The position numbers and the translations under genes were made by a program. Of a stretch of 64,000 bases of DNA, positions 47,148 through 57,081 are shown piece after piece. Location of the stretch: positions 4,583 to 68,582 of the forward strand of contig CANQIB010000007.1 of NCBI GenBank assembly GCA_947623915.1. The letters run 5' to 3'. Numbering within the stretch: the first letter of the stretch is position 1; every line of letters begins with the position of its first letter. The notes below the pieces were generated by a model, which saw only the letters and a program-made list of their open reading frames with translations, ran no database searches and was not told the origin of the DNA. Origin of the DNA: an uncultured Ruminiclostridium sp. (GTDB lineage: Bacteria; Bacillota; Clostridia; Oscillospirales; Ruminococcaceae).

Positions 47148-48539
47148 TTATTTCTTTGAGGAAAGGTATTCGTCTATGCTCTTTGCCGCCTGTTTTCCCG
47201 CGCCCATCGCAAGTATTACAGTCGCCGCGCCGGTAACGGCGTCGCCGCCCGCGTATACTCCCTCGCGCGAAGTCTGCATGGTGTCCTCGTTCACGATAAG
47301 ACAGCCGCGCTTGTTTACCTCAAGTCCGGGGGTGGTGCTGCGGATAAGCGGATTAGGCGAAGTGCCTATCGCCATTATAACGGTATCTACCGGCAGCTCA
47401 AAGTTGCTGCCCTCTTTGGTGACGGGTCTGCGGCGTCCGCTAGCGTCCGGCTCGCCAAGCTCCATCTCTACGCACTCCATCGCACGCACGCGCCCGTTTT
47501 CGTCCGACAGTACCTTTACTGGATTAGTGAGGTTTTTAAAGATAATGCCCTCCTCCATGGCGTGGTGTACCTCCTCCTTGCGGGCAGGCATCTCCTCCAT
47601 GCCGCGGCGGTAAACTATGTACACCGTTTGAGCGCCGAGCCGCTTTGCGCAACGCGCCGCGTCCATCGCAACGTTTCCGCCGCCTACGACCGCGACCGCT
47701 CCGCTCTTTATTATAGGAGTGTCGTAATCTTCAAGATATGCTTTCATAAGGTTGGTGCGGGTAAGATATTCGTTTGCGGAATATACGCCGATAAGCTCCT
47801 CGCCCTCTATGTGCATAAAGGACGGAAGTCCCGCGCCCGAACCGATAAAGCAAGCCTTATATCCCATATCGAACAGTTCATCTATAGAAAGCACCTTGCC
47901 TATGACCATATCGGTCTTTATCTCAACGCCCAGCGCCTCAAGGTTTTCTATCTCCTTTTTGACTATAGCCTTTGGCAGTCTGAATTCGGGTATGCCGTAC
48001 ACCAGCACGCCGCCCGCCGTGTGGAACGCCTCAAATATAGTGACCTCGTATCCTTTTTTCGCAAGATCCCCCGCGCAGGTAAGTCCCGACGGCCCCGCTC
48101 CTATAACGGCGACCTTTATACCGTTGCTCTCCGGCTTTTGTGCTGCTTCGGCGCCGTTTGCCATATGATAGTCGGCACAGAACCGCTCCAAGCGCCCTAT
48201 CGAAACGCTTTCACCCTTTATGCCGCGCACGCACTTGCCCTCGCATTGGTTTTCCTGCGGGCAGACTCTGCCGCATACCGCAGGCAGTCCGTTGGTGGCG
48301 GTGATTATTTTGTACGCCTCCTCAAACTCGCCCGCGGCTGCCTTGGCGATAAATTCGGGTATGCGCACGTTTACGGGGCAGCCGCTGACGCAGGGCTTGT
48401 TTTTGCAGTTAAGGCAGCGGGACGCTTCCTCCATAGCCATTTCAGCGGTGTAACCCTTTGCTACCTCCAGAAAGTTTTTATTTCTTACATCAGGCTCCTG
48501 CTCCGGCATCGGAACTTTTTTAGGCGACATATTAGGCAT
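47148..48539 (-). CDS. nfnB: NfnB / GltD-like FAD and Fe-S subunit of electron-bifurcating transhydrogenase
   Basis: RCLNCK..CVSGCP, CGRVCPQENQCE, GAGPSG, VVGGGNVAMD; start moved to 48539. Confidence 0.88.
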   Translation of the reverse strand: MPNMSPKKVPMPEQEPDVRNKNFLEVAKGYTAEMAMEEASRCLNCKNKPCVSGCPVNVRIPEFIAKAAAGEFEEAYKIITATNGLPAVCGRVCPQENQCEGKCVRGIKGESVSIGRLERFCADYHMANGAEAAQKPESNGIKVAVIGAGPSGLTCAGDLAKKGYEVTIFEAFHTAGGVLVYGIPEFRLPKAIVKKEIENLEALGVEIKTDMVIGKVLSIDELFDMGYKACFIGSGAGLPSFMHIEGEELIGVYSANEYLTRTNLMKAYLEDYDTPIIKSGAVAVVGGGNVAMDAARCAKRLGAQTVYIVYRRGMEEMPARKEEVHHAMEEGIIFKNLTNPVKVLSDENGRVRAMECVEMELGEPDASGRRRPVTKEGSNFELPVDTVIMAIGTSPNPLIRSTTPGLEVNKRGCLIVNEDTMQTSREGVYAGGDAVTGAATVILAMGAGKQAAKSIDEYLSSKK

Positions 48540-49374
48540 TGTGCGCACCTCCGTATATCCTGCAATTTTCTCTGTCATGTGCTTCGATATCTCTGTATGT
48601 ACCGTTGCGTTTCATAAGCTCGTCAAAATCCACCTTATGTCCGTCAAAATCGGGGCCGTCCACGCAGGCGAATTTCGTTTCCCCTCCGACGGTAACGCGG
48701 CAGCCGCCGCACATTCCCGTACCGTCTATCATTATCGGATTGAGCGATACCAGCGTCTTTATCCCGTAAGGGCGCGTGACCTCGCAGACAAACTTCATCA
48801 TCGGCACCGGCCCGATAGCGACCGCAAGGTCGTACTGCTTTCCCGATTCGATAAGACTTTTGAGCTTGTCGGTAACAAAGCCCTTTTCTCCGTAGCTGCC
48901 GTCGTCGGTGGTTATGTAAAGCTCGTTGCTCACCGCTTTGAACTCGTCCTCAAGTATAACTATCCCCTTGTTTCTGAAGCCCGCGATAACGTCCACCTCA
49001 GCGCCGCTTTCAAAAAGCTGCTTTGCGGACGGGTACGCGATAGCGCAGCCCACTCCTCCGCCGATAACGCAGACCTTCTTCGCGCCCTCAAAATCCGTCG
49101 CCTTGCCCAGCGGCCCTACAAAATCCAACAGCGCGTCGCCCTCTTTAAGCTGAGAAAGCAGCATGGTGGTACGTCCCACTATCTGGAATATTATAGTCAC
49201 CGTGCCTTTTTCTCTGTCGTAATCGGCGACCGTAAGCGGCATACGCTCTCCGCGCTCATCCACGCGAAGTATGATAAACTGCCCTGCCTGCGCCTTTTTG
49301 GCGATAAGCGGAGCGTCGATCTCCATCAACACGACCGTGTCGTTGAGTTGACGTCTTTTCAATATCTTATACAT
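48532..49374 (-). CDS. nfnA: NfnA / SudB ferredoxin-NADP reductase-like subunit
   Basis: ERMPLTV, GGGVG, DGTGMCGGCRV..ACVDGPDF 2Fe-2S motif; coupled to nfnB. Confidence 0.88.
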   Translation of the reverse strand: MYKILKRRQLNDTVVLMEIDAPLIAKKAQAGQFIILRVDERGERMPLTVADYDREKGTVTIIFQIVGRTTMLLSQLKEGDALLDFVGPLGKATDFEGAKKVCVIGGGVGCAIAYPSAKQLFESGAEVDVIAGFRNKGIVILEDEFKAVSNELYITTDDGSYGEKGFVTDKLKSLIESGKQYDLAVAIGPVPMMKFVCEVTRPYGIKTLVSLNPIMIDGTGMCGGCRVTVGGETKFACVDGPDFDGHKVDFDELMKRNGTYRDIEAHDRENCRIYGGAHNA

Positions 49375-49446
49375 CTTACCCTTTCCTTTCCGATAAAATG
49401 TCCGAATACCGCGTCGGCGGCAGGGACTTGATATTCTGCTTTAATT

Positions 49447-49475
49447 AGTATAGCAGATTATTTTAAAAAAATCAA
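49447..49475 (-). promoter_or_regulatory. sigma-A promoter TTGATT-N17-TATACT for nfnAB
   Basis: Hexamers at 49475-49470 and 49452-49447. Confidence 0.65.
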
Positions 49476-49493
49476 TAGGCGTTTAGGTAAAGC

Positions 49494-49524
49494 AAAAAAC
49501 CGCAGTAGCATTAAACTGCGGTTT
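49494..49524 (-). terminator. Terminator after the NPXTG mini-gene
   Basis: AAACCGCAGT...ACTGCGGTTT with T6 on the minus strand. Confidence 0.7.
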
Positions 49525-49578
49525 CAGCTTTTAACATTGTCCTTCGACCCGCTTTTGCGAGTCCGGCGAAGCGAGAAC

Positions 49579-49794
49579 TTACTTGTTCTTCTTCTTCAGT
49601 ACGATACCGCTTACGGTAAGAGCGCCTGCTGCGATAGCTGCGGGAACTACGGTAAGAGCAACACCGGTGCCGGGGTTCTTAACGAGCACGCCGGAGCTGT
49701 CACCGGGCATAGCGTCAACGTCTGCTGCGAAAGCAGCGGTAGAGCAAGCTGCAACAGCAGCGATGCAAGCGATAGTAGCAAGAATCTTCTTCAT
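49579..49794 (-). CDS. 71-aa NPXTG sortase-substrate mini-protein
   Basis: AGGAGG RBS; signal peptide ending AFA-A; NPGTG; hydrophobic helix; KKKNK tail. Confidence 0.85.
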   Translation of the reverse strand: MKKILATIACIAAVAACSTAAFAADVDAMPGDSSGVLVKNPGTGVALTVVPAAIAAGALTVSGIVLKKKNK

Positions 49795-49954
49795 TTCAAA
49801 TTCCTCCTATATAGGTTTTTTTATTTCTATCAATTAAGCAGTCGAACGTTACACTCAAAAAGTTTCAATTTTTTTCAAATTGTAAGATTAAGCTGCTTAC
49901 ATATACGGAGTCACCGCCCGCCGTAAAAAAGTTTCAGCTTTTTTTAAAAATTTC

Positions 49955-49986
49955 AAAAAAAATCCCGCCGACTTAAAGTCAGCGGG
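49955..49986 (-). terminator. Terminator of the rpsP-khpA unit
   Basis: CCCGCTGACT-TTA-AGTCGGCGGG plus T8 on the minus strand. Confidence 0.75.
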
Positions 49987-50165
49987 TAGCAGCTCAAGCT
50001 GCCGCTTATTTCTTACGGGTTCGTTCCGACGTGCCGCGCCTCCGAATTCGGGCAAAGCATGGCTTTACGCGAAAGTACATATCGGCGCGGAGAGTGAAGC
50101 GACCATATCGGAAATAAGCCTCCTCTGGTTAAACTGTTATTATTATGCCGTTTCGATCGGAAGGC

Positions 50166-50399
50166 TCAGTCTATCTCGACCATTACCTTCTGATTGTATC
50201 TTACAGCGCCGGCACGCATTATAGTACGAATAGCCTTAGCGATCCTGCCCTGCTTTCCTATAACGCGTCCCATGTCGTCGGGGGCAACATGAAGATGATA
50301 AACGGTAGTACCCTCCTCGTTCGGCTCGTCAACGGTCACTTCGATCGCCGACTTGTCGTCTACAAGCTCCTGTACCATAGCAATAAGCAATTCTTTCAT
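50166..50399 (-). CDS. khpA: KH-domain RNA-binding protein
   Basis: DMGRVIGKQGRIAKAIR; follows rpsP; start moved to 50399. Confidence 0.93.
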   Translation of the reverse strand: MKELLIAMVQELVDDKSAIEVTVDEPNEEGTTVYHLHVAPDDMGRVIGKQGRIAKAIRTIMRAGAVRYNQKVMVEID

Positions 50400-50456
50400 A
50401 ACGTTTCCTTTCATAAAACAGCGTTTAAGCCGTCTTTCAGCTTGATCTTCTTTCTT

Positions 50457-50699
50457 TTATTTCTTTTCTTCGCTGATCTTTATCAGCTTGTTTACCGTAT
50501 CGGTGGGTTTAGCACCGTTCGCGATCCACTTATTTACTTTCTCCATATCGAGAGAGATGACAGACGGTTCCTTAGTGGGGTCGTAGTATCCTATTTCCTC
50601 TATAAAGCGGCCGTCTCTGGGATAACGTGAATCAGCCACTACTATCCTGTAAAAAGGATTTTTCTTCGCGCCCATACGTCTCAGTCTGATTTTTACCAT
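50457..50699 (-). CDS. rpsP: 30S ribosomal protein S16
   Basis: [25 protein letters not shown]. Confidence 0.98.
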   Translation of the reverse strand: MVKIRLRRMGAKKNPFYRIVVADSRYPRDGRFIEEIGYYDPTKEPSVISLDMEKVNKWIANGAKPTDTVNKLIKISEEKK

Positions 50700-50755
50700 T
50701 TTTTCACCTCCTGTTGTCGATATTTTTGTATTTTAACCTTTCGGATAAAATCCGC

Positions 50756-52102
50756 TTACATTCCCGAAAAACCGTTCATTCCGCCCATCGGGAATTTAGG
50801 CAGCCTCTTGCGCTTTCCTCCGCGCATTTGCTTTACCATTTTCTGCATAGCCTCGTACTGCTTTAAGAGCTGGTTCACGTCCTCCACTCTTGTGCCGCTT
50901 CCCGCGGCGATACGGCGCTTGCGCTTTGCGTCTATAAGTGAGGGACGCTCCCGCTCCGCCTTGGTCATGGAGGTTATTATCGCCTTGGTGCGATACATCT
51001 TGCGCTCGTCTATGTCCTCTTCCTTTATCTTGTTCCCTACGCCGGGTATCATCTTTATCAGAGAGGATATACTGCCCATCTTCTCTATCTGTTCAAACTG
51101 GGCGTAAAGGTCGTTCATATCGAATTTGTTTTCCTTGAGCCGCTTTGCAAGGCGTTCCTGCTCCTTTTCGTCCACGGCGGTCTTCGCCTTGTCTATGAGC
51201 GACAGTACGTCTCCCATTCCGAGTATCCTGTCCGCCATGCGGTTGGGGTGGAACTGCTCAAGGTCGTCTATCTTTTCGCCGACGCCCGCAAATTTTATAG
51301 GCTTTCCCGTTACCGCCAGTACCGACAGCGCGGCGCCGCCTCTGGTGTCGCCGTCCAGCTTGGTGAGTATCACGCCGCTGAGGTCCAGCAGCTCGTTAAA
51401 GCTCTTTGCCACGTTCACCGCGTCCTGGCCGGTCATGGAATCCACCACCAGCAGTATCTCGTTAGGCTGTACGGTGCTCTTTATGCTTTCAAGCTCGCCC
51501 ATAAGCTGTTCATCTATATGCAGACGGCCCGCCGTATCCAACAGTACCACGTCGTACCCGTTGTCCTTGGCGTAACGTATCCCCTCCCGAGCCACCTTGA
51601 CGGGATCGGTCTGTCCCAGCTCAAAGACTGCGGCTCCGGCTCTTTCTCCTACCACCTTCAACTGGTCTATCGCGGCGGGACGGTAAATGTCGCAGCCCAC
51701 CAGCAGCGGACGGCGGTTCATTCCGCGCAGATACTTCGCCAGCTTTGCACAATGCGTTGTCTTACCCGCGCCCTGCAGTCCGCACATCATTATAACGCAC
51801 GGAGGCTTAGACGGGAAATTTATATGCGACGACTCGCCGCCCATAAGACTGATAAGCTCGTCGTGTACTATATCTATTACCTGCTGCGCGGGAGTAAGGC
51901 TGTTCATCACCTCGCTGCCGACGGCACGTTCGCTGACCTTGGCAACGAAATCCTTTACCACAGGGAAGCTGACGTCCGCCTCAAGCAGCGCCATCTTTAC
52001 TTCGCGCATCGCGTCCTTTACGTCCTTTTCGCTCAGCTTGCCGTGATTTTTCAGCTTGCCGAACACCTTGCCCAGCTTATCCGAAAGACCTTCAAACGCC
52101 AC
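50756..52102 (-). CDS. ffh: Signal recognition particle protein
   Basis: GLQGAGKTT, DTAGR, TKLDGDTRGG, RRIAAGSG. Confidence 0.98.
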   Translation of the reverse strand: MAFEGLSDKLGKVFGKLKNHGKLSEKDVKDAMREVKMALLEADVSFPVVKDFVAKVSERAVGSEVMNSLTPAQQVIDIVHDELISLMGGESSHINFPSKPPCVIMMCGLQGAGKTTHCAKLAKYLRGMNRRPLLVGCDIYRPAAIDQLKVVGERAGAAVFELGQTDPVKVAREGIRYAKDNGYDVVLLDTAGRLHIDEQLMGELESIKSTVQPNEILLVVDSMTGQDAVNVAKSFNELLDLSGVILTKLDGDTRGGAALSVLAVTGKPIKFAGVGEKIDDLEQFHPNRMADRILGMGDVLSLIDKAKTAVDEKEQERLAKRLKENKFDMNDLYAQFEQIEKMGSISSLIKMIPGVGNKIKEEDIDERKMYRTKAIITSMTKAERERPSLIDAKRKRRIAAGSGTRVEDVNQLLKQYEAMQKMVKQMRGGKRKRLPKFPMGGMNGFSGM

Positions 52103-52117
52103 GGCCGTCCCTCCTTT

Positions 52118-52453
52118 TTACGAATAAATTATATTCCTTATCTTTTCTATCAGCGCGGTAAGCTCCCCGTCCGCGCGGTCGATGCGTTCCGCCAGCTTTT
52201 GCATATCGTTCAGCACGGCGGATATATCTCTGTATCTTTTGGCACAGCCTAACGCCTTTTCCATTCGGAACAGGTAATCCTCGGCGCAGGTTATGCTCTT
52301 ATGCACGCCCTGACGGGTTATGCCGGTATTTTCCGCGATCTCGGCGAGCGACAGATCCTCGTTGTAGTATGCGTTGAGTGTTTCGTACTGCTTTTCCGTA
52401 AGCATCGCTCCGTATATATCCAGCAAAACGGTGTTGTCGAGATTCTTTGCCAT
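52118..52453 (-). CDS. ylxM: YlxM SRP-associated HTH protein
   Basis: LLDIYGAMLTEKQ, DLSLAEIAE..ITRQGV; upstream of ffh. Confidence 0.93.
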   Translation of the reverse strand: MAKNLDNTVLLDIYGAMLTEKQYETLNAYYNEDLSLAEIAENTGITRQGVHKSITCAEDYLFRMEKALGCAKRYRDISAVLNDMQKLAERIDRADGELTALIEKIRNIIYS

Positions 52454-52529
52454 ATACGCTCCTTTTCGATCCGTGGAAATGTATCCGAGCGGGGTGTAAT
52501 CTATTTAAGGTTTACACCTCGCTTTATAT

Positions 52530-52557
52530 ATTATACTCATTTTTTCGCGCTTGTCAA
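52530..52557 (-). promoter_or_regulatory. sigma-A promoter TTGACA-N16-TATAAT for ylxM-ffh
   Basis: Perfect hexamers at 52557-52552 and 52535-52530. Confidence 0.75.
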
Positions 52558-52573
52558 GAGAAAATTTAAAATA

Positions 52574-53077
52574 TCAGCGGGATATTTCGGCGACCGAGCG
52601 CATTATCCTGCCCACAACGTCCTCGGCGTGACCGCCGCAGTCAACGGTAACGTCCGCGTACCGCTCATAATACGGCGCGCGTTCTTTAAGTATATCCTCC
52701 ACCGTTTCCCCTTTTTTGCAGGCGATGCCGCGCGTGCGTATATTCGTGAGCCTACGGACAAGCTCCTCGACCGGCACTTTCAGATACACGCAGACGCCGT
52801 TTCTTTTAAGGCTCTCCATTCCCGCGGCGGAAAATACCGCGGAGCCGCCGGTAGCGATGACGGTATCCCGAAGGTCGGCGGAAAGCAGCGCCTGTTCTTC
52901 CGCCCGCAAAAATCCGTCCAATCCGTATTTATCTATAATTTCCTGGAGCGGCGCACCCTGCTGCTTTTGTATTATAAGGTCGGTATCGCAAAAATCATAC
53001 GCCATGCTTTTTGCCAGCAGCACCCCGACGGTGCTTTTCCCCGCGCCCGGCATACCTATAAGAATGATGTTTTTCAT
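52574..53077 (-). CDS. aroK: Shikimate kinase
   Basis: IGMPGAGKST, DTD, IATGGSAV, ERAPYYE; start moved to 53077. Confidence 0.92.
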   Translation of the reverse strand: MKNIILIGMPGAGKSTVGVLLAKSMAYDFCDTDLIIQKQQGAPLQEIIDKYGLDGFLRAEEQALLSADLRDTVIATGGSAVFSAAGMESLKRNGVCVYLKVPVEELVRRLTNIRTRGIACKKGETVEDILKERAPYYERYADVTVDCGGHAEDVVGRIMRSVAEISR

Positions 53078-53574
53078 TATTCTCCCCCGTTGTTTTCTGC
53101 CCAAACGTAACTCCAGCCGTCGCCCAGCTCCTCGCAGGCAAAGCCCTCCGCGGCGCTCACCGTACCGTACGCCAGACGCTTAGTGCCGCTTTTGTTGAAA
53201 TCGAAGTAGGTAACTCCGTCCCTGCGGCTTATTCCCCAACAATAGCCGTGACATAATATGTTGACGCTTTCCCCGCATTTATCCCGTATCGGCAGGCTGT
53301 TTTCGTCATATTCTATCAGGGATTTTTCAAACAATCCCTTTTTGGTGACGGTGACGGTAAAATCTTCACAGTCCGCCGCCGCGTCGGTTATCTCCGTAAG
53401 TATCGCGGAGTATTTTTCCTTGACCTGCAATATCTCGCCGCGCTCGTATTCGGTCACGCCGGCGCGCAGCAGCAGATCCCGCAGGAAAAACGAACCTATC
53501 AGCAACAGCAGCGCGCCTATGACTATCAAGGCTATGATAAGTTTTTTTCTTATGCTTTTCTTTTTGTTGTCCAT
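53077..53574 (-). CDS. Hypothetical protein with one N-terminal TM helix
   Basis: GGAG RBS, coupled between mfd and aroK; no family recognised. Confidence 0.75.
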   Translation of the reverse strand: MDNKKKSIRKKLIIALIVIGALLLLIGSFFLRDLLLRAGVTEYERGEILQVKEKYSAILTEITDAAADCEDFTVTVTKKGLFEKSLIEYDENSLPIRDKCGESVNILCHGYCWGISRRDGVTYFDFNKSGTKRLAYGTVSAAEGFACEELGDGWSYVWAENNGGE

Positions 53575-53584
53575 ATTCTCTCCG

Positions 53585-56500
53585 TTAAGCGGTCTTTAGC
53601 GTTTCCAACGCCGTCCTCAATACCTCCAGCGGTTTATCCCTGTCGGTCAGCTTTATCTTAAAGCAGGGCTTGCCGGTCATGTTGATAAACACCCTGCTGC
53701 CGAATTTTCCCGAAAGCGCCGCAACTCCCACCATCAGCTTTTTATCCGGCGTTTCGGGATAAAATATCATCGCGTCGCCGCTTTGGATTATCTCGCTTAT
53801 CCGCAGCTCCTGCGCTATCCTGCGCAGCCTTGCCGCCTCTATCAGTCCTTCGACGGACGCGGGAGGCTCTCCGTATCGGTCGATAAGCTCATCGGTGACG
53901 TCGTAGGCGTCCTCCTCGTTTTCTATCTGCGCTATCCTGCGGTAGCAGTCTATCCGCTGCGCCTGATTTGAGATATAGCTTTCGGGTATGAATGCGTCCA
54001 GCCTGATGTCTATAAGGCACTCCGGCTTTACCTCGACGGTTTCTCCGCGCTGCTCCGCGACCGCCTCGCTGAGCAGCCGCAGATACATATCGTATCCCAC
54101 CGTTTCCAGATGTCCCGACTGGCTCTGCCCCAGTATAGAGCCCGCGCCGCGTATCTCAAGATCCTTCATCGCGATGCGAAAGCCCGAGCCGAACCGCGTA
54201 AACTCCCTTATCGCCTCCAAACGCTTTGTGGCTATCTCGCTCAGCATTTTCCCCCGCCTAAAGGTGAAATAGGCGTAAGCTCTGCGCCCCGTGCGACCCA
54301 CTCTGCCTCGGAGCTGATGGAGCTGTGCCAGCCCCATTCGGTCGGCGTTTTCTATTATCAGCGTGTTTACGTTCCCGACATCAACGCCGGTTTCTATTAT
54401 CGTGGTGCATACCAATATGTCTATCTCTCCGTCTATCAGCCTGCGCCAAACCTCCATAAGCTCTTCTTCGCCCATCTTGCCGTGCGCCACGCCGACGGTC
54501 GCCTCCGGCGCCATTTTCTGCACCTCCGCCGCGCAGGAATATATGCTTTCAACGCGATTGTGGATATAGTAGACCTGACCGCTGCGCCGCAGCTCCTTGC
54601 TTATCGCCTGCGCTATCACTCCTCGGTCGTATTCCGCAACATAAGTAGTGACGGGGTGACGGTCGCCGGGCGGAGTTTCTATCACGCTCATGTCGCGTAT
54701 GCCGGTCATCGCCATGTTCAGCGTTCTCGGTATCGGGGTCGCGGACAGCGTAAGTATATCTACTTCGGGGTGTCCCTCTTTCAGCTTTTCCTTATGGTTC
54801 ACGCCGAAACGCTGTTCCTCGTCTATTATCACCAATCCGAGGTCGAAAAAGGTCACGTCGTCCTGCACCAGTCTGTGCGTCCCCACTATTATATCTATGT
54901 CGCCCTCCTCCAGCTTTTTAAGTATCAGCTTTTGCTCCTTAGGCGTGCGAAAGCGCGAGAGCATCTCCACCTTGACGTCAAAGCCCTCCATGCGCTTGAG
55001 TATCGTCTGATAATGCTGCCATGCCAACACGGTGGTAGGTACAAGCAGTGCGCATTGTTTTCCGTCCTCCACGCATTTGAACGCCGCGCGCAGCGCAACC
55101 TCCGTCTTGCCGAAGCCCACGTCCCCGCACAGCAGCCGTTCCATCGGGACGGGCTTCATCATATCGCTCTTTATCTCGCTTACGCACCTGAGCTGGTCGT
55201 CGGTCTCCACATAGCTGAAATGGTTTTCAAATATCTCCTGCTTTTCCCCGTCGGGAGAAAAGGCAAAGCCTGACAGCTTCATGCGCTTTGAGTACAGCGC
55301 GATAAGCTCGGTCGCCATCTCCTTTGCGGCGGTCTTGGCGCGCGTCTTGGACTTTTTCCATGTGTCGGTGCTGAGCTTGTTCAGCTTAACGCTTTCCCTG
55401 TCCCCGCCGCCTATATACCTTGAGATAAGGTCGAGCTGGGTGACCGGCACATACAGCACATCGGTACCCGCATACTTTATCTTTATATAATCCTTGGATA
55501 CCTTATCCGCCGTCAGCTTCTGTACCCCTTCAAAGATACCTATACCGTAGGAATCGTGTACCACCAGATCCCCCTGCGATATGTCGTTTAGGCTGCGCAG
55601 CCTGCCTTTTTTGTTCGACCGCGCTTTCGGCGGAGCAGCCGCAGCCGAGGCGGACGCCCGCGTTATCACCGCTATACGGCTCTCCTCGTACTCAAATCCC
55701 GCCGACAGAGTACCCGCCACGGCGATTATCTTCTTGGCGTACAGCTTTGCGGGAGAGTCGGAATAATCGGCGGGAAAGCCGTCGTCCCGCAGGTCCTGCG
55801 CAAGCAGTCTTGCGGATTTTTCCGTACCCGAAAATATAACGACGCTGCCGCCCACGCTCATGTAGCCTTTAAGCTCCTCGCACAGCAGCTTATATTCGCC
55901 GCTCCAGGGAGAAAGCTGCATCGCTCTTACCGACCTTACCGCGCTGAGCTGTAAGCCGCCGCCCCGCATAAACGTATCCATATATACCTTTGCCGACGCC
56001 GCGCGTTCGTTATATTCACCCGCCGTCAGCATATATTTGTCCAGTCCTCGGCACAGTATCCCGTCCTCGGTGAGCAGCCGCATATCGGCGGAATGTGCCG
56101 CCGCCGCGCTCCTCGCGTTCTCCGCGGAGGCGAACGACTCACACACGATAAGTGTTTTTGCGTAATCAAATACGCTTTCCGGCTCGCTGTAACACAGCGG
56201 GTAATACCTTTGCAGGCAGGATACCTCCGCTCCGCCGCGCAGCTTTTCCATATCCTCGCGGACGTTTGCCGCTACCCGCTCGGTATTTGCTTTGGAGCGG
56301 GAGAGTTTTTTCAAAAACGCCTCAAGCCGCCCGATAAAGTCCTCCGTGCCGTCGAACACGGTTTCGCTGCACGGAGTCACGGCAACGCTTTTTACCGTGT
56401 CTATCCTGCGCTGCGTCTGTATATCAAAGGAGGACACGGTATCTATCTCGTCGCCCCACAGTTCTATCCTTACAGGATAATCGCTGTTTACGGGAAAAAT

Positions 56501-57049
56501 ATCCGCGAGCGCTCCACGAAAGGAAAACTGTCCTTTTCCCTCCACCATGTCACAGCGGGTATATCCCGCCGCGACAAGAGTGTGCGCCAGTTCGTCAAGG
56601 TTTATCTCATCTCCGGCGGAAAGCACCACGGTATGCTCCTTCAGCGTCTTGCGCGGCACGGTGAGCTGCATTGCCGCCTCCGAGGAAGCCACTATCAGCT
56701 TGGCTTTCCCCGTGAGCGCCGCCCACAGCGTTTCCATGCGCCGATAGGAATAATCCGCGGACTGCGCCTCGGTATCGGTCAGCAGCATATCTCCCGCCGG
56801 AAACATATACGCCGCGTCGCCGCTCATGGCGTTTATATCCTCCGTCAGCCGCGACGCCGCCGCCTCGCTCTCCACTATGACCAAAACGGGAAAAGTTATC
56901 TCCTCCGAGGCGAGCGACGCGAGAAAATGCGCCTTATGTATATGCGAAAGACCCGTCACAAGCATTGGGACGGGTTCGTCATTATTGAGCCGTCGGACCG
57001 TTTCGCGGTATTCCCGCAGCGTGTCCGCCATTTTTTTAAATATCTCCAT
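53585..57049 (-). CDS. mfd: Transcription-repair coupling factor
   Basis: CGDVGFGKTEVA, DEEQRFG, SATPIPRTL, QLRGRVGR, DLEIRGAG. Confidence 0.98.
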   Translation of the reverse strand: MEIFKKMADTLREYRETVRRLNNDEPVPMLVTGLSHIHKAHFLASLASEEITFPVLVIVESEAAASRLTEDINAMSGDAAYMFPAGDMLLTDTEAQSADYSYRRMETLWAALTGKAKLIVASSEAAMQLTVPRKTLKEHTVVLSAGDEINLDELAHTLVAAGYTRCDMVEGKGQFSFRGALADIFPVNSDYPVRIELWGDEIDTVSSFDIQTQRRIDTVKSVAVTPCSETVFDGTEDFIGRLEAFLKKLSRSKANTERVAANVREDMEKLRGGAEVSCLQRYYPLCYSEPESVFDYAKTLIVCESFASAENARSAAAAHSADMRLLTEDGILCRGLDKYMLTAGEYNERAASAKVYMDTFMRGGGLQLSAVRSVRAMQLSPWSGEYKLLCEELKGYMSVGGSVVIFSGTEKSARLLAQDLRDDGFPADYSDSPAKLYAKKIIAVAGTLSAGFEYEESRIAVITRASASAAAAPPKARSNKKGRLRSLNDISQGDLVVHDSYGIGIFEGVQKLTADKVSKDYIKIKYAGTDVLYVPVTQLDLISRYIGGGDRESVKLNKLSTDTWKKSKTRAKTAAKEMATELIALYSKRMKLSGFAFSPDGEKQEIFENHFSYVETDDQLRCVSEIKSDMMKPVPMERLLCGDVGFGKTEVALRAAFKCVEDGKQCALLVPTTVLAWQHYQTILKRMEGFDVKVEMLSRFRTPKEQKLILKKLEEGDIDIIVGTHRLVQDDVTFFDLGLVIIDEEQRFGVNHKEKLKEGHPEVDILTLSATPIPRTLNMAMTGIRDMSVIETPPGDRHPVTTYVAEYDRGVIAQAISKELRRSGQVYYIHNRVESIYSCAAEVQKMAPEATVGVAHGKMGEEELMEVWRRLIDGEIDILVCTTIIETGVDVGNVNTLIIENADRMGLAQLHQLRGRVGRTGRRAYAYFTFRRGKMLSEIATKRLEAIREFTRFGSGFRIAMKDLEIRGAGSILGQSQSGHLETVGYDMYLRLLSEAVAEQRGETVEVKPECLIDIRLDAFIPESYISNQAQRIDCYRRIAQIENEEDAYDVTDELIDRYGEPPASVEGLIEAARLRRIAQELRISEIIQSGDAMIFYPETPDKKLMVGVAALSGKFGSRVFINMTGKPCFKIKLTDRDKPLEVLRTALETLKTA

Positions 57050-57081
57050 TACCTGAGCTGCGCCGAGCGGCGCGCCTCCTG

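Noticed and set aside
49855-49950. Two AAAAAGTTTCA..TTTTTTT direct repeats upstream of the NPXTG gene
   Set aside because: Low-complexity AT-rich sequence; cannot be distinguished from chance without comparative data
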